Source: Candidatus Alistipes faecigallinarum (GTDB lineage Bacteria > Bacteroidota > Bacteroidia > Bacteroidales > Rikenellaceae). Taken from it: a stretch of 64,000 bases of DNA. The notes below the pieces were generated by a model. That model did not search any database, was not told the origin of the DNA, and worked only from the letters and a program-made list of their open reading frames with translations. The number at the start of each line of letters is the position of its first letter. Within the stretch, counting starts at the first letter, position 1. Of this stretch, positions 42,601-52,933 are shown in pieces. Location: NCBI GenBank assembly GCA_019115605.1, contig DXDG01000005.1, positions 2,198 through 66,197 on the forward strand, given 5' to 3'. A program made the position numbers and the translations under genes.

Positions 42601-42730
42601 GCGGGAACTGTGCGGCGTACTCGGCCGCCTTCTTCTCTACGCTACGCGTCTTGAACGTAAACGAGAGCTGATAAACGCACGCGAGCACAAGCAGTACCGC
42701 GATGAGTTTAATAAAACCTTTACTTTGCAT
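39695..42730 (-). CDS. secDF: Protein translocase subunit SecDF
   Basis: LGLDLKGG, VGPSLG, LTLPGIAG, AVDANVIIYERI, GYAINDTVVVFDRIRE; -7 box at 42790-42797. Confidence 0.98.
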   Translation of the reverse strand: MQSKGFIKLIAVLLVLACVYQLSFTFKTRSVEKKAAEYAAQFPLDEQSGAEQHYLDSVQNLPVYNMGLRKFTYKECKGKELNLGLDLKGGMNVMLEVQVEDVVKALAGDSQMDPSFQAAIAEANEALKQGTSNDYIGDFVKAYERLSGGQPLAALFVSPDRKDITLESSDADVEKMLKQETEAAIAASFNVLRSRIDHFGVTQPNIMRLPNSHRILVELPGVKEPQRVRDLLQGTASLEFWTTYDAREILPMLVSADKLLKSEMTEQTAEVSAEEGVEAVAAEASAADTTATESGLIAEVGASEQAPAAEVAQGGNFSREENPLFAVLDPSYAGGAAIGAAYKADMAAVNAYLSQPSVRELLPADITFKWAVKGDDHIDGRYYLYAIKVSTPDGKAPLDGSVVTDAREQYAQRGATAEVSMTMNAEGTQEWARLTGENVGKCIAIVLDGYVYSAPRVNGKIDKGQSSITGDFTIQEAQDLANVLNSGKVPAPAKIIQDTVVGPSLGQESINAGMLSFVIAFILVLLYMGLFYKTAGWMADVALLINVFLLMGVLVSFGAVLTLPGIAGIVLTMGMAVDANVIIYERIKEELRGGKGLSLAIKDGFSKAYSAIIDGQLTTIITGIVLFVFGTGPVQGFATTLIIGILTSVFCAIFITRLLIEWIVAKWGTISFSYKWSENFLNNTHIDFISKRKVAYVISIALMVLSFASFAVRGLNLGAEFTGGRAYVVRFDKAVSAEEVRQNLTEAFAKIDNADASSISIEVKQYGNENQMRIVTQYRYDDTSDEATAEVERILYDALKPLYSYEISFDQFRNTQTDLNGILTADKIGPSIAQDMTWNAIYAVLFSLIAIGLYITFRFKRWQWATGATLALAFNALLIIGIFSMFYGILPFNLEVNQAFIAAILTIIGYAINDTVVVFDRIREYMTLYPKRNLKELVNGAINSTLSRTINTSGTTLVTLLAIVIFGGETIRGFIFALIIGVIVGTAATIFIATPMAYDLMKKRAKLDEEK

Positions 42731-42854
42731 TTGCGTGAAAAAAATTTGTTATTATTTGTTGTAATTCATTCATTACGCACAATAGCACGCAAAGATAAAA
42801 AAAAAGAATTGAAAATATGTATCCCCGCCGAAAAATCTCTATTTTTGGGGCGTC

Positions 42855-43745
42855 ATGATCCGCTACACCGAATACAAGTACCATCTGGCAGCCCTTTTTA
42901 CGGTCTGCGTATGGGGCGCGACGTTCGTCTCGACCAAAGCGCTGATCGCCGCAGGTCTCACCCCCGAGGAGATCTTCTTCATACGCTTCGTGATGGCCTA
43001 TCTGGGCATGATCCCCTTTGCGCCGCGCAAACTTCTGGCCGACAGCCTCCGCGACGAGGCGCTGCTGCTCGCCGCCGGAATAAGCGGCGGATCGCTCTAT
43101 TTCCTGCTCGAAAACGTCGCCCTGGAGTATGCCCCGGCATCGAACGTCTCGCTGATCGTCTGCACGGCGCCCGTATGGACCGCACTCGCACTCGGCCTGG
43201 CCGACCGCAGCGAACGCATGACGCGCCGCCAGGCGGGCGGTGCCGCACTGGCCGCGGCAGGCATGGCGCTCGTCGTCCTCAACGGCCGATTCGTCCTGCA
43301 CCTCGCACCGGCAGGAGACCTGCTGGCGCTGGCGGCCGCCCTGATGTGGATGGTCTACTCGCTGGTAATCAAACGCCTCGGAGACCGCTACGCTGCGGCA
43401 TTCGTCGCCCGGAAGGTCTTTTTCTACGGCATCCTGACCATTCTGCCCGTATTCCTCCTGCGGCCGTTCGACGTCCCGGCCGCACAACTCGCACAACCCG
43501 TCGTTTGGGGCAACCTGCTCTTTCTGGGCATCGTGGCCTCGGGCGTCTGTTATGCCCTCTGGAACGTCGCCATGCTCCGGCTGGGCGCCGTACGGGCCAC
43601 GAACTACATCTATATCAATCCGTTGGTTACAATGCTCACGGCGGCACTCTGTATCGGCGAGCGCATCACCCTCGCAGCCATGGCGGGTGCCGCAATGATT
43701 CTCTACGGCATGTGGTGCGCGGAGCGGACCGGCAAAAGAAGCTAA
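42855..43745 (+). CDS. DMT/EamA family transporter
   Basis: VWGATFVSTK, about 10 TM helices, two EamA repeats. Confidence 0.9.
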   Translation: MIRYTEYKYHLAALFTVCVWGATFVSTKALIAAGLTPEEIFFIRFVMAYLGMIPFAPRKLLADSLRDEALLLAAGISGGSLYFLLENVALEYAPASNVSLIVCTAPVWTALALGLADRSERMTRRQAGGAALAAAGMALVVLNGRFVLHLAPAGDLLALAAALMWMVYSLVIKRLGDRYAAAFVARKVFFYGILTILPVFLLRPFDVPAAQLAQPVVWGNLLFLGIVASGVCYALWNVAMLRLGAVRATNYIYINPLVTMLTAALCIGERITLAAMAGAAMILYGMWCAERTGKRS

Positions 43746-43812
43746 TTCCGAAGCCCGGAGGCGGATTTTCCGATCCTTTTCGTATCTTTGGGAAACAAAT
43801 TCCCAAATCCGC

Positions 43813-45117
<1,305 letters not shown>

Positions 45118-45133
45118 CCTCACCCGAATGCAC

Positions 45134-45170
45134 AAAAAAAGCGGAGGAGTGTTGCCACTCCCCCGCTTTT
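45134..45170. terminator. Bidirectional terminator between GH29 and dnaK
   Basis: A7-GCGGAGGAGTG...CACTCCCCCGC-TTTT. Confidence 0.75.
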
Positions 45171-45216
45171 CGTTTCGGATACACGGAACCTCCGTGCATC
45201 CGGGGCCTGCGCCCGA

Positions 45217-47133
45217 TTATTTTACCTCCTCGAATTCGACATCCTCGGGCTGCGAGCTGCCGCCGTTCGACTGGGCACCCGTGTTGGCCTGCTGCTGTCC
45301 GGCGCCGGCGTTCTGCTGGGCACCTTGAGCCTGCTGCTGTGCGTAGATGTCCTGCGAGGCGGCCTGCCATGCGGCGTTGAGCTCGGCAATGGCCGTGTCG
45401 ATGGCTGCCACGTCGGCATTCTTGTGCGCCTCCTTCAGCTTGCCCAGAGCCGTCTCGATGGCTGCCTTCTTGTCGGCAGGCAGCTTGTCGCCGTACTCCT
45501 TGAGCTGCTTCTCGGTGGCGAAGATGTTCGAGTCGGCGGCGTTGATCTTGTCGATACGCTCCTTCTCGGCCTTGTCCTTCGCCTCGTTGGCCTTCGCCTC
45601 GTCACGCATGCGCTGGATCTCCTGCTCGGTCAGACCCGACGATGCCTCGATACGGATCTTCTGCTCCTTGCCCGTGCCCTTGTCCTTGGCCGAAACGTTC
45701 AGGATACCGTTGGCGTCGATATCAAACGTTACCTCGATCTGCGGCACGCCACGCGGTGCGGCCGGAATGCCGTCGAGGTGGAAGCGGCCGATCGACTTGT
45801 TGTCGCGGGCCAGCGGACGCTCACCCTGGCAGACGTTGATCTCTACGGAAGGCTGGTTGTCGGCAGCCGTCGAGAAGACCTCCGACTTGCGCGTCGGGAT
45901 CGTCGTGTTGGCGTCGATGAGCTTCGTCATCACACCGCCCAGCGTCTCGATACCGAGCGACAGCGGCGTAACGTCGAGCAGCAGCACATCCTTCACTTCG
46001 CCCGTCAGCACACCACCCTGGATGGCGGCGCCGATGGCTACGACCTCATCGGGGTTCACCGACTTGTTGGGCGTCTTGCCGAAGAAGTCGGCGACGATCT
46101 TCTGGATGGCGGGGATACGCGTCGAACCGCCCACGAGGATCACCTCGTCGATCTGCGAAGCCTCCAGACCCGCATCACGCAGCGCCAGCTTGCACGGCTC
46201 GACGGTCTTGCGGATCAGATGGTCGCACAGCTGCTCGAACTTGGCACGCGTCAGCGTCATCACCAGGTGCTGCGGAATGCCGTTTACGGGCATGATGTAC
46301 GGCAGGTTGATCTCCGTCGTCGTCGAGGACGAAAGCTCGATCTTCGCCTTCTCGGCAGCCTCCTTCAGACGCTGCAGGGCCATCGGGTCCTCACGCAGGT
46401 CAACACCGTGCTCGGCCTTGAAGGCCTCGGCCATGTAGTCGATCAGCACGTGGTCGAAGTCATCGCCTCCGAGGTGCGTATCACCGTTCGTGGACTTCAC
46501 TTCGAAGACGCCGTCGCCCAGCTCCAGAATCGAGATATCGAACGTACCGCCGCCCAGGTCGTATACGGCGATCTTCATGTCGTTCTGCTTCTTGTCCAGA
46601 CCGTAGGCCAGGGCTGCGGCCGTAGGCTCGTTGATGATTCGGCGAACCTTCAGGCCCGCAATCTCACCGGCCTCCTTCGTAGCCTGACGCTGCGAATCGG
46701 AAAAGTAGGCCGGAACCGTGATCACCGCCTCGGTAACCTCCTGGCCCAGATAATCCTCGGCCGTCTTCTTCATCTTCTGAAGAATGATTGCCGAGATCTC
46801 CTGCGGCGTGTAGAGACGTCCGTCGATATCGACACGCGGCGTGTTGTTGTCGCCACGGACGATCGTATAGGGCGCACGGGCGATATCGGCCGCAACCTTG
46901 TCGTAGGTCTCACCCATGAAACGCTTGATCGAGAAGACCGTACGCTTCGGGTTCGTAATAGCCTGACGCTTGGCGGGATCACCCACCTTGCGCTCCCCGT
47001 CGGCCGTGAACGCTACGACGGACGGCGTCGTGCGGTGTCCTTCGGAGTTGGGGATAACCACGGGCTCGTTGCCCTCCATCACTGCTACGCAGGAGTTCGT
47101 AGTTCCTAAGTCGATACCAATAATCTTTGCCAT
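45217..47133 (-). CDS. dnaK: Chaperone DnaK
   Basis: [39 protein letters not shown]. Confidence 0.99.
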   Translation of the reverse strand: MAKIIGIDLGTTNSCVAVMEGNEPVVIPNSEGHRTTPSVVAFTADGERKVGDPAKRQAITNPKRTVFSIKRFMGETYDKVAADIARAPYTIVRGDNNTPRVDIDGRLYTPQEISAIILQKMKKTAEDYLGQEVTEAVITVPAYFSDSQRQATKEAGEIAGLKVRRIINEPTAAALAYGLDKKQNDMKIAVYDLGGGTFDISILELGDGVFEVKSTNGDTHLGGDDFDHVLIDYMAEAFKAEHGVDLREDPMALQRLKEAAEKAKIELSSSTTTEINLPYIMPVNGIPQHLVMTLTRAKFEQLCDHLIRKTVEPCKLALRDAGLEASQIDEVILVGGSTRIPAIQKIVADFFGKTPNKSVNPDEVVAIGAAIQGGVLTGEVKDVLLLDVTPLSLGIETLGGVMTKLIDANTTIPTRKSEVFSTAADNQPSVEINVCQGERPLARDNKSIGRFHLDGIPAAPRGVPQIEVTFDIDANGILNVSAKDKGTGKEQKIRIEASSGLTEQEIQRMRDEAKANEAKDKAEKERIDKINAADSNIFATEKQLKEYGDKLPADKKAAIETALGKLKEAHKNADVAAIDTAIAELNAAWQAASQDIYAQQQAQGAQQNAGAGQQQANTGAQSNGGSSQPEDVEFEEVK

Positions 47134-47235
47134 AACTCTTATGTTTTTTAATTGTTCTTAATTTTCCGGTTTGTCTCCGCCGCCTTCACTTCCACCCGGG
47201 GTGGGGTTCCGGTGCCGGATACGCCCTGAACTGAA

Positions 47236-47286
47236 ACAAAGGTTGTACCAAACAGGAATACCTGCCAATTTGACAGCCCGATGACA
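47236..47286 (-). promoter_or_regulatory. Putative sigma54 promoter (TTGGTACAACCTTTGT) with adjacent TGTCA-N3-TGGCA operator-like site
   Basis: GG-N10-GT at 47236-47251; near-palindrome at 47263-47275 plus an extra TGTCA half-site at 47282-47286. Confidence 0.55.
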
Positions 47287-47499
47287 AAAACGGAAGGCCG
47301 CATCCGGCCGAAACGGGCATTTTGGCAGGAAGCAGTCCGCCGAACGGCATGCGGGGCCGGCGGCGCGCCCTGCCCTATCAATATCCTGCCCTATTAAAAT
47401 AAAGGCGTACGGCGGAAAAGGCCGTACGGACAAAAAATACCGGAACTCCTTTCGGAATTCCGGCACCGCATCCGGCCGAAGCCGGACCAAACGTATGTC

Positions 47500-47745
47500 T
47501 TATCGCTGCTGCTCGCTCAAAATGCGCATCGCCACATCGAGTATCGTCGTATCGTCGAGCGTAACCACGCCTCCGTCCGGTCCCGGTTCGAAATGAACCC
47601 CGACGCACTCCTTCGCCTCGTGGCTGCCTCCGAAATAGTTGCGGACGGTTTCTACATCGATTCCCAGTTCATCTGCAATACGTTGCGAACTGCCACTCGG
47701 CAGCCGGTCCTTGATACGACGCAACTCGTTAAATGTGATAATCAT
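47500..47745 (-). CDS. Conserved small Bacteroidota HTH DNA-binding protein
   Basis: ITFNELRRIKDRLPSGS..RIADELGI..ETVRNYFGG HTH pattern; terminator near 47432-47464. Confidence 0.85.
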   Translation of the reverse strand: MIITFNELRRIKDRLPSGSSQRIADELGIDVETVRNYFGGSHEAKECVGVHFEPGPDGGVVTLDDTTILDVAMRILSEQQR

Positions 47746-48060
47746 ATCTGTTGAATTTTAGGTGTTACACTTCTGCACAACTAAATTAATACAATTTTAC
47801 GGGAAAACAAAATTTCTACCCGAAAAAATGGCTCAAAGCCGGAAAATCCGGCCGCAGGACGAAAAATGCCGAAAGTCAGCCGAAACGGCGCGGTGCGGCG
47901 GAAGCGATCCGCGCCGGAGCATCCGCCCGGATCCGCGGCAGAATCCACCCCGGATTCACGGCAGATTCCGCCCCTGAGAAGGTGAACTGTCCGTTCAAAA
48001 AAAGGCGCCTGCAAGAGATCTCCTGCAGGCGCTGTATGACCGAAGAGTGCTTGAAATCCG

Positions 48061-49638
48061 CTACTCCTCCTCTTCGGGCTCGACGTAGAACTCGAAAATG
48101 AGCGGCGTAAAGGGCGGAATCTCCGTACTGATGGTTGTCGTGGTCTCCGAATCGGTCGTCGTGCCATAACCCAGGCCGTAGCCGTAACCGTAGTAAGGAT
48201 TATAGTAACCGCCGTAGTAGCCGCCGTAGTAACCGCCGTAGTAGCCGTTATAGTAACCGCCGTTGCCGTAATAGGTGTTGTAATAGCTCAAATAGTTGAG
48301 ATAGTCCCAATAAGACGACGAATAGCCGCTGCTGCCCGTGGTCGTACCGCCCGAACGGCCGGTCGAGCCGTAGCAGTTCGTAGAGGTGGCGATGATCGCG
48401 GCCCACTGTCCGTACTGCAGGTTGGGAACCGTATAGTACCACGCCGTAATGGCGCCTCCCTCTTTCGGAGTATATTCGAAGGCCTTGCCCTCGGAAGCAA
48501 CCTCCCCGTAGATGATCTGCTTCACCTCGTCGATGTTCGTGTCGAAGATGAAGCCGTCGAGGAAGCGGCCGATGTACCAGATCTTCGCCTCTCCGTCGAG
48601 CTTCACCGTATCGGCCTTCAGCTCCTTGATGCCGGGATAGGGTTTCTCCTCGTCGGGATGGAAGCGCTTGACGAGCGCCTCGTTGATCTGCGTCTCGAGC
48701 GTTGCCATCGAGGCGGCATCGGCATAGGGAAGGTATCCCGAAGCGTAGGGTTTGGGGAAGGTCAGCCCCTTGACGGCCGGGTTGAAGCGGTAATTGACGT
48801 AGACCTGCGGGATGGAGTCGTTGGCGCTGACCCACTCCTCGGCCACGTTGTAGGGATGGTCCGCATCCTCGGGATCCTCGGGAAGCGGCTTGGCGTCCGC
48901 CGTCTCGTCGTCATTGTCGTAGAACTTCAGACCGCCGTTCGTATCGCTGCAGAAGGTATCGACCTGGTGGCCCTCCTTCTCAAGCGGGTTCTTGACCGTA
49001 TCGCAGATCGTCATCGTAACGATGAAGGGGCGCTGCGCATCGAGCTTGAAGGTCTGGTTGTCGTCGTTCTGGCCCTCGTAGCCGCCGTCGCCCGAGATAC
49101 CGCTCGAACCCACGACACGCGAAGGCATGTAGAGCACCACCTTCGAACCCTCGCGAAGCCGGATCTCCGTATCCAGGCCGCGCGCCGCGGCATAGTCGGG
49201 GTCCAGATGCAGGGTGTTGCGCATGGCCAGGTAGGTGCCCTCGATCTGTCCGGAACTCATGGCATAGCTCTCGCCGCAGTAGCGGTAGTAAGGCACATAG
49301 TGCGTGTATTTGGTGAAGGAGCCCACCTGATGCGCCTCGGCGGCACTGCGCGTGAGGATGATGTTGCCGCTCAGGTCGCGGCCCGAAAAGTCGAACGACA
49401 CCCAGCAGACCGTATCGCTGATCGGCGCCGCGTTCATGTCGCCCGCCTCCAGCACATCGACATAATAGCCGCCGTCGGACTGGTAGTTCTTGACCAGCTC
49501 GGGACGGTGCTGGTGCATCCACGCCTCGAGAGCCTGGTTCTCGAACCGATCGAACGACTCGGTCTCCTCCTTCGCACAGGAGGAAAGCAGCAACACGGCC
49601 ACCGCCGCCAGATACCATACACGGGTATACAGTTTCAT
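48061..49638 (-). CDS. Surface lipoprotein with FKBP-like domains and a Tyr/Gly-rich insertion
   Basis: LLSSC lipobox + acidic AKEETES; YIGRFLDGFIFDTN...YG...IPPFTPLIFEF FKBP pattern. Confidence 0.75.
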   Translation of the reverse strand: MKLYTRVWYLAAVAVLLLSSCAKEETESFDRFENQALEAWMHQHRPELVKNYQSDGGYYVDVLEAGDMNAAPISDTVCWVSFDFSGRDLSGNIILTRSAAEAHQVGSFTKYTHYVPYYRYCGESYAMSSGQIEGTYLAMRNTLHLDPDYAAARGLDTEIRLREGSKVVLYMPSRVVGSSGISGDGGYEGQNDDNQTFKLDAQRPFIVTMTICDTVKNPLEKEGHQVDTFCSDTNGGLKFYDNDDETADAKPLPEDPEDADHPYNVAEEWVSANDSIPQVYVNYRFNPAVKGLTFPKPYASGYLPYADAASMATLETQINEALVKRFHPDEEKPYPGIKELKADTVKLDGEAKIWYIGRFLDGFIFDTNIDEVKQIIYGEVASEGKAFEYTPKEGGAITAWYYTVPNLQYGQWAAIIATSTNCYGSTGRSGGTTTGSSGYSSSYWDYLNYLSYYNTYYGNGGYYNGYYGGYYGGYYGGYYNPYYGYGYGLGYGTTTDSETTTTISTEIPPFTPLIFEFYVEPEEEE

Positions 49639-49686
49639 ATCTTGTCCAAATCTCAATTTATACTCATTCACAATGCCGTGGCCGCA

Positions 49687-50280
49687 TCACTCGACGCTCT
49701 CCACGGTAAAGAACCACGCCACGGGACTCTCGCGGGGTATCGTGCTGAAGTTCGCATCCCCGTAGGCCATGTTGTAGGTCATGTAGGCCTCCACCTCGTC
49801 GCCCTCGCGACTACCCAGTAACGCATAACGCAGCCCCTTTAGTATGTCGCCGCGCATGTCGAGCGTCAGCGGCTCGAACGACCAGGCATCCTCGGCAAGC
49901 CCCAGCTCAAGATAGGCGCTGCGGAGCAGCGGATCGTTCGAATAGTAAGGGAACGTGCTGTCGGTGATCGTCGAAAAGGTGAAGACATAGGCCCGGAAGG
50001 TGATCGTTACCTTCGACGAAGCCTCGACTACCCTTTTCTGGTCCCGGCCAGGTGCATAATAGTTGTCGATATACCGATAGACCGTGTTGCCCGAGACCGT
50101 ATAGAAGGCCTGCTGCGCCTCCTGGTCGGCATCCGACTCCGCAACAAGCGCCGGGGCGTGGGACGACGTGAGGAAGGAGACGATCTTCTCCCGCTGGTTG
50201 GGAAGCACCTCCTCGTCGGAACACGACAGGCCGCTCACCGCAACCAGGGCAACCAAAGCGTATGACCACAATCTTTTCAT
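49687..50280 (-). CDS. FKBP-like lipoprotein
   Basis: GLSC-SDEE lipobox; ILKGLRYALLG..EGD...MAYG...IPRESPVAWF; -7 box at 50296-50303. Confidence 0.75.
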   Translation of the reverse strand: MKRLWSYALVALVAVSGLSCSDEEVLPNQREKIVSFLTSSHAPALVAESDADQEAQQAFYTVSGNTVYRYIDNYYAPGRDQKRVVEASSKVTITFRAYVFTFSTITDSTFPYYSNDPLLRSAYLELGLAEDAWSFEPLTLDMRGDILKGLRYALLGSREGDEVEAYMTYNMAYGDANFSTIPRESPVAWFFTVESVE

Positions 50281-50434
50281 CGGCATGGAATCGTGCAAAT
50301 TTACAAAAACAATCCGATATACGAACAACAAACGCAAAAAAACGCCCCTTCGTATGCCCAAGCCGGCGGCCGGCATACAAAATCGGGACGGATAGCGCTA
50401 TCCGTCCCGATCTGTCAAGGCAGTGGAAGGCCAA

Positions 50435-52933
50435 CTATTCCACCAGCGTAAACGCCTGGTTAATATCCTCTTCGGACATCAGATTCGAGAAGTTGTTCCC
50501 GTCGCAGATCCAGATGACGGAGGTCGTCAGATGATCCGCACCGGCACCCTTCACATAGTTGCCGGCAATCTTCATGTTGGCAAAACGGAAGCCCGTAATG
50601 GTAATGGCGGAATCCTTGCAATACGCGTTGGAAACGTTCTCGAAGGTACAGCCGACAATCTCTACCGTTGCCGTCTCATTGACCGCATAAATGCTGTTGT
50701 CCCGCAGTTCGAGATGGATGTAACGATATCCCGGCACCGTATTCTTGAACGTGCAATTCCGGAATACAACCGACTCGATATCCTTGTTCGTCAGCTGAAC
50801 CGCATCCCACTCCGCATCGACGAACATACAGTTCTCGAACGTAAGGTTCTTGCAGCTGCCTCCGGTAACATAGACGGCAGAGCCCTGTTTGGAGGCATTG
50901 TGTCCATTGGCAAAGATCAGGTTCCGGACCGTAGCCGATCCGTTGAAATAGACGGGCGAGCCTTCGAACGTTACACCCTGGCCGTCCAGCACGACATCCC
51001 CGTTGAACGAAACCGGAGCCGTCAGAACCACGGTGTTCGAGCCGCTTTCAACAGCGGAGGCAATCGCATTCTGGATATCGTCGGCCGAATCGACCTTCAC
51101 GCCGGGAACCACCTCATAGGTCGCGGGATTGTCGCTTACCTTCTCCGAGGAGTAGCCGGCAGCCACGAAGTTCGTACCCACGCCCTCGGCACGGTTGTTT
51201 GCCGGATCGAAATTCACGAACGTACCACCCGTGATAATAACCTTGGCCGTGCCATTCTTGTAATTCGCATCCAGGCAGTTGATCAGATAGTTGGTACCCC
51301 AGTCCGGGTATTCATCCGTCTTGACAAGATCGAAGGTTCCGCCCTTGATCTCGACAGTTCCCGTATGCACATAGACGGCGTCCAGATAGCCGAGGTAGGT
51401 GCCGCTCTCGATGACCACATGACCGCCGTTGCGGACATCCATGCCATAGACACCGTTGCCCCAGGACTGCACCGTACCGTTCTTGATGGTGAGGTTGCCG
51501 CCCAGCACCGAAACAACCGACCAGTTTACATTACCGTCCCAGGTGTCGTCCGAAGCGATGGTATGACCGCCCAGATCGAGGTCGAGGGTCTTCCCGGCAG
51601 GCACGATAACCGGCTCCTTCAGCACGAGATCCTCCTCCAGGGTGAAGGAGCCGCCCTCCATGGCCGCAAACGTAAGCGCATTCTCATAGTACTGCAGCAC
51701 ACGCGAAACGGAAACCTCCTGTCCTTCCTTATCGATAAGCGTAACCTTCAGAATCGCCTTGTCTCCATTGGCGGCATCGACGGGCGTTACACGAACCTTG
51801 GCATTGTTCTGATAAACGCCATCGACAAAGGCCGGCTTGGTCAGATCAACCTGCCACGGCGAAGCTGCACGGGTCTGGATATCCATGCCCGTACCGGCAT
51901 TGTTCTTCACCTCGGCAACCATGGCCGTATAGTCCGACTCCTTGAGCCCCTGCGGCAACACGATGGCAACATCCGAACCTTTGGCATACACGGTGAAGGG
52001 CTCATAGCTGTCAAAGCCTACGGTCAAGGTGTTGGCGCGCGGAATAACCAGCTGCGTGCCATCCGCCAGCGTGAAAATCACATTGTCCGGATCGCTCGTG
52101 TAATCGACGCCGTTCTCGGCAAAGACCGCATCGCCCCGGTCGCCTTTCTCGCCGTCCTCTCCTTTCTCGCCGGTAGCCTTCACGCCCGTAGAGGCCCAGG
52201 TAACTCCGCCGTCGGTCGAAATCTCCCATTCATTGCTGTCAGCATTGATCCGAACCTGGGGAGCAATGGCATCCTCACCCTGGGCCTTCACACCCGTATC
52301 CGTCGTGCCGATCCACCAGTTGCCGTCCTTGATATAGGGAGTCTGACCATCGTCGCCCGTATCGCCCTGGGCCTTCACGCCCGTGTCGGTCGTACCGATC
52401 CACCAATTGCCGTTCTCGCCGATGTAGGGAGTCTGGCCGTCGTCGCCCGCATCACCCTTGGGGCCCGTTACGGGGATCTTGTTGCCGGCTCCGTCGGTCA
52501 TGAATTCGGCCGCGGCATCGCCGATCTTCACCGTCCAGTAATAGACGCCGTCCGTATCCTTCGCGACGCCGATGACCGGAGTCTCGCCGTTGATGCCGTC
52601 CACACCGTGCCGGATGGTGATCGACTTCCCGGTCTGGAACGTAATCGTATAACCGACCTCAACGCCGTTTTCCATCACGGGAGTTACGTCGGTGATGAAG
52701 TTCTTCTCTTCAAGAGCCTTGACAAGGCTTTGGAGAGACTGGATGTCCGAATTGACAGACTTCTGCCAGGCCTCAAGTGCTGCTACCCGGTTTTCGAGAT
52801 CTTCGATATCGGCACGAAGTTCCGAATCATCGTACTCGTCGCTGCAGGACGAAAACACCAATGTGCTTACACACATCAGTAACCATGCAATCCTGCGACT
52901 GAAAAACGTCGCAAACGTGTAAACCTTCTTCAT
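50435..52933 (-). CDS. Large surface lipoprotein: PL29-N/DUF4988 domain, collagen-like/GNWWIG repeats, C-terminal beta-helix-like region
   Basis: FSSC-SDEYDDSEL, coiled coil, TPVIGV..D.DGVYYWT, repeated TPYI..GNWWIG.TDTGVKAQG; -7 box at 53074-53081. Confidence 0.8.
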   Translation of the reverse strand: MKKVYTFATFFSRRIAWLLMCVSTLVFSSCSDEYDDSELRADIEDLENRVAALEAWQKSVNSDIQSLQSLVKALEEKNFITDVTPVMENGVEVGYTITFQTGKSITIRHGVDGINGETPVIGVAKDTDGVYYWTVKIGDAAAEFMTDGAGNKIPVTGPKGDAGDDGQTPYIGENGNWWIGTTDTGVKAQGDTGDDGQTPYIKDGNWWIGTTDTGVKAQGEDAIAPQVRINADSNEWEISTDGGVTWASTGVKATGEKGEDGEKGDRGDAVFAENGVDYTSDPDNVIFTLADGTQLVIPRANTLTVGFDSYEPFTVYAKGSDVAIVLPQGLKESDYTAMVAEVKNNAGTGMDIQTRAASPWQVDLTKPAFVDGVYQNNAKVRVTPVDAANGDKAILKVTLIDKEGQEVSVSRVLQYYENALTFAAMEGGSFTLEEDLVLKEPVIVPAGKTLDLDLGGHTIASDDTWDGNVNWSVVSVLGGNLTIKNGTVQSWGNGVYGMDVRNGGHVVIESGTYLGYLDAVYVHTGTVEIKGGTFDLVKTDEYPDWGTNYLINCLDANYKNGTAKVIITGGTFVNFDPANNRAEGVGTNFVAAGYSSEKVSDNPATYEVVPGVKVDSADDIQNAIASAVESGSNTVVLTAPVSFNGDVVLDGQGVTFEGSPVYFNGSATVRNLIFANGHNASKQGSAVYVTGGSCKNLTFENCMFVDAEWDAVQLTNKDIESVVFRNCTFKNTVPGYRYIHLELRDNSIYAVNETATVEIVGCTFENVSNAYCKDSAITITGFRFANMKIAGNYVKGAGADHLTTSVIWICDGNNFSNLMSEEDINQAFTLVE
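52278..52458 (-). repeat. Tandem ~87-90 bp coding repeat (2 copies)
   Basis: GDDGQTPYI(GE/K)(N/D)GNWWIGTTDTGVKAQG twice, with synonymous differences. Confidence 0.85.

Noticed and set aside
45325-47109. 594-aa ORF antisense to dnaK
   Set aside because: Long antisense frames opposite hsp70 genes are a known by-product of codon bias; no independent promoter or motif seen
47905-47975. Possible CRISPR array
   Set aside because: Repeats are adjacent and degenerate, with no unique spacers and no cas genes
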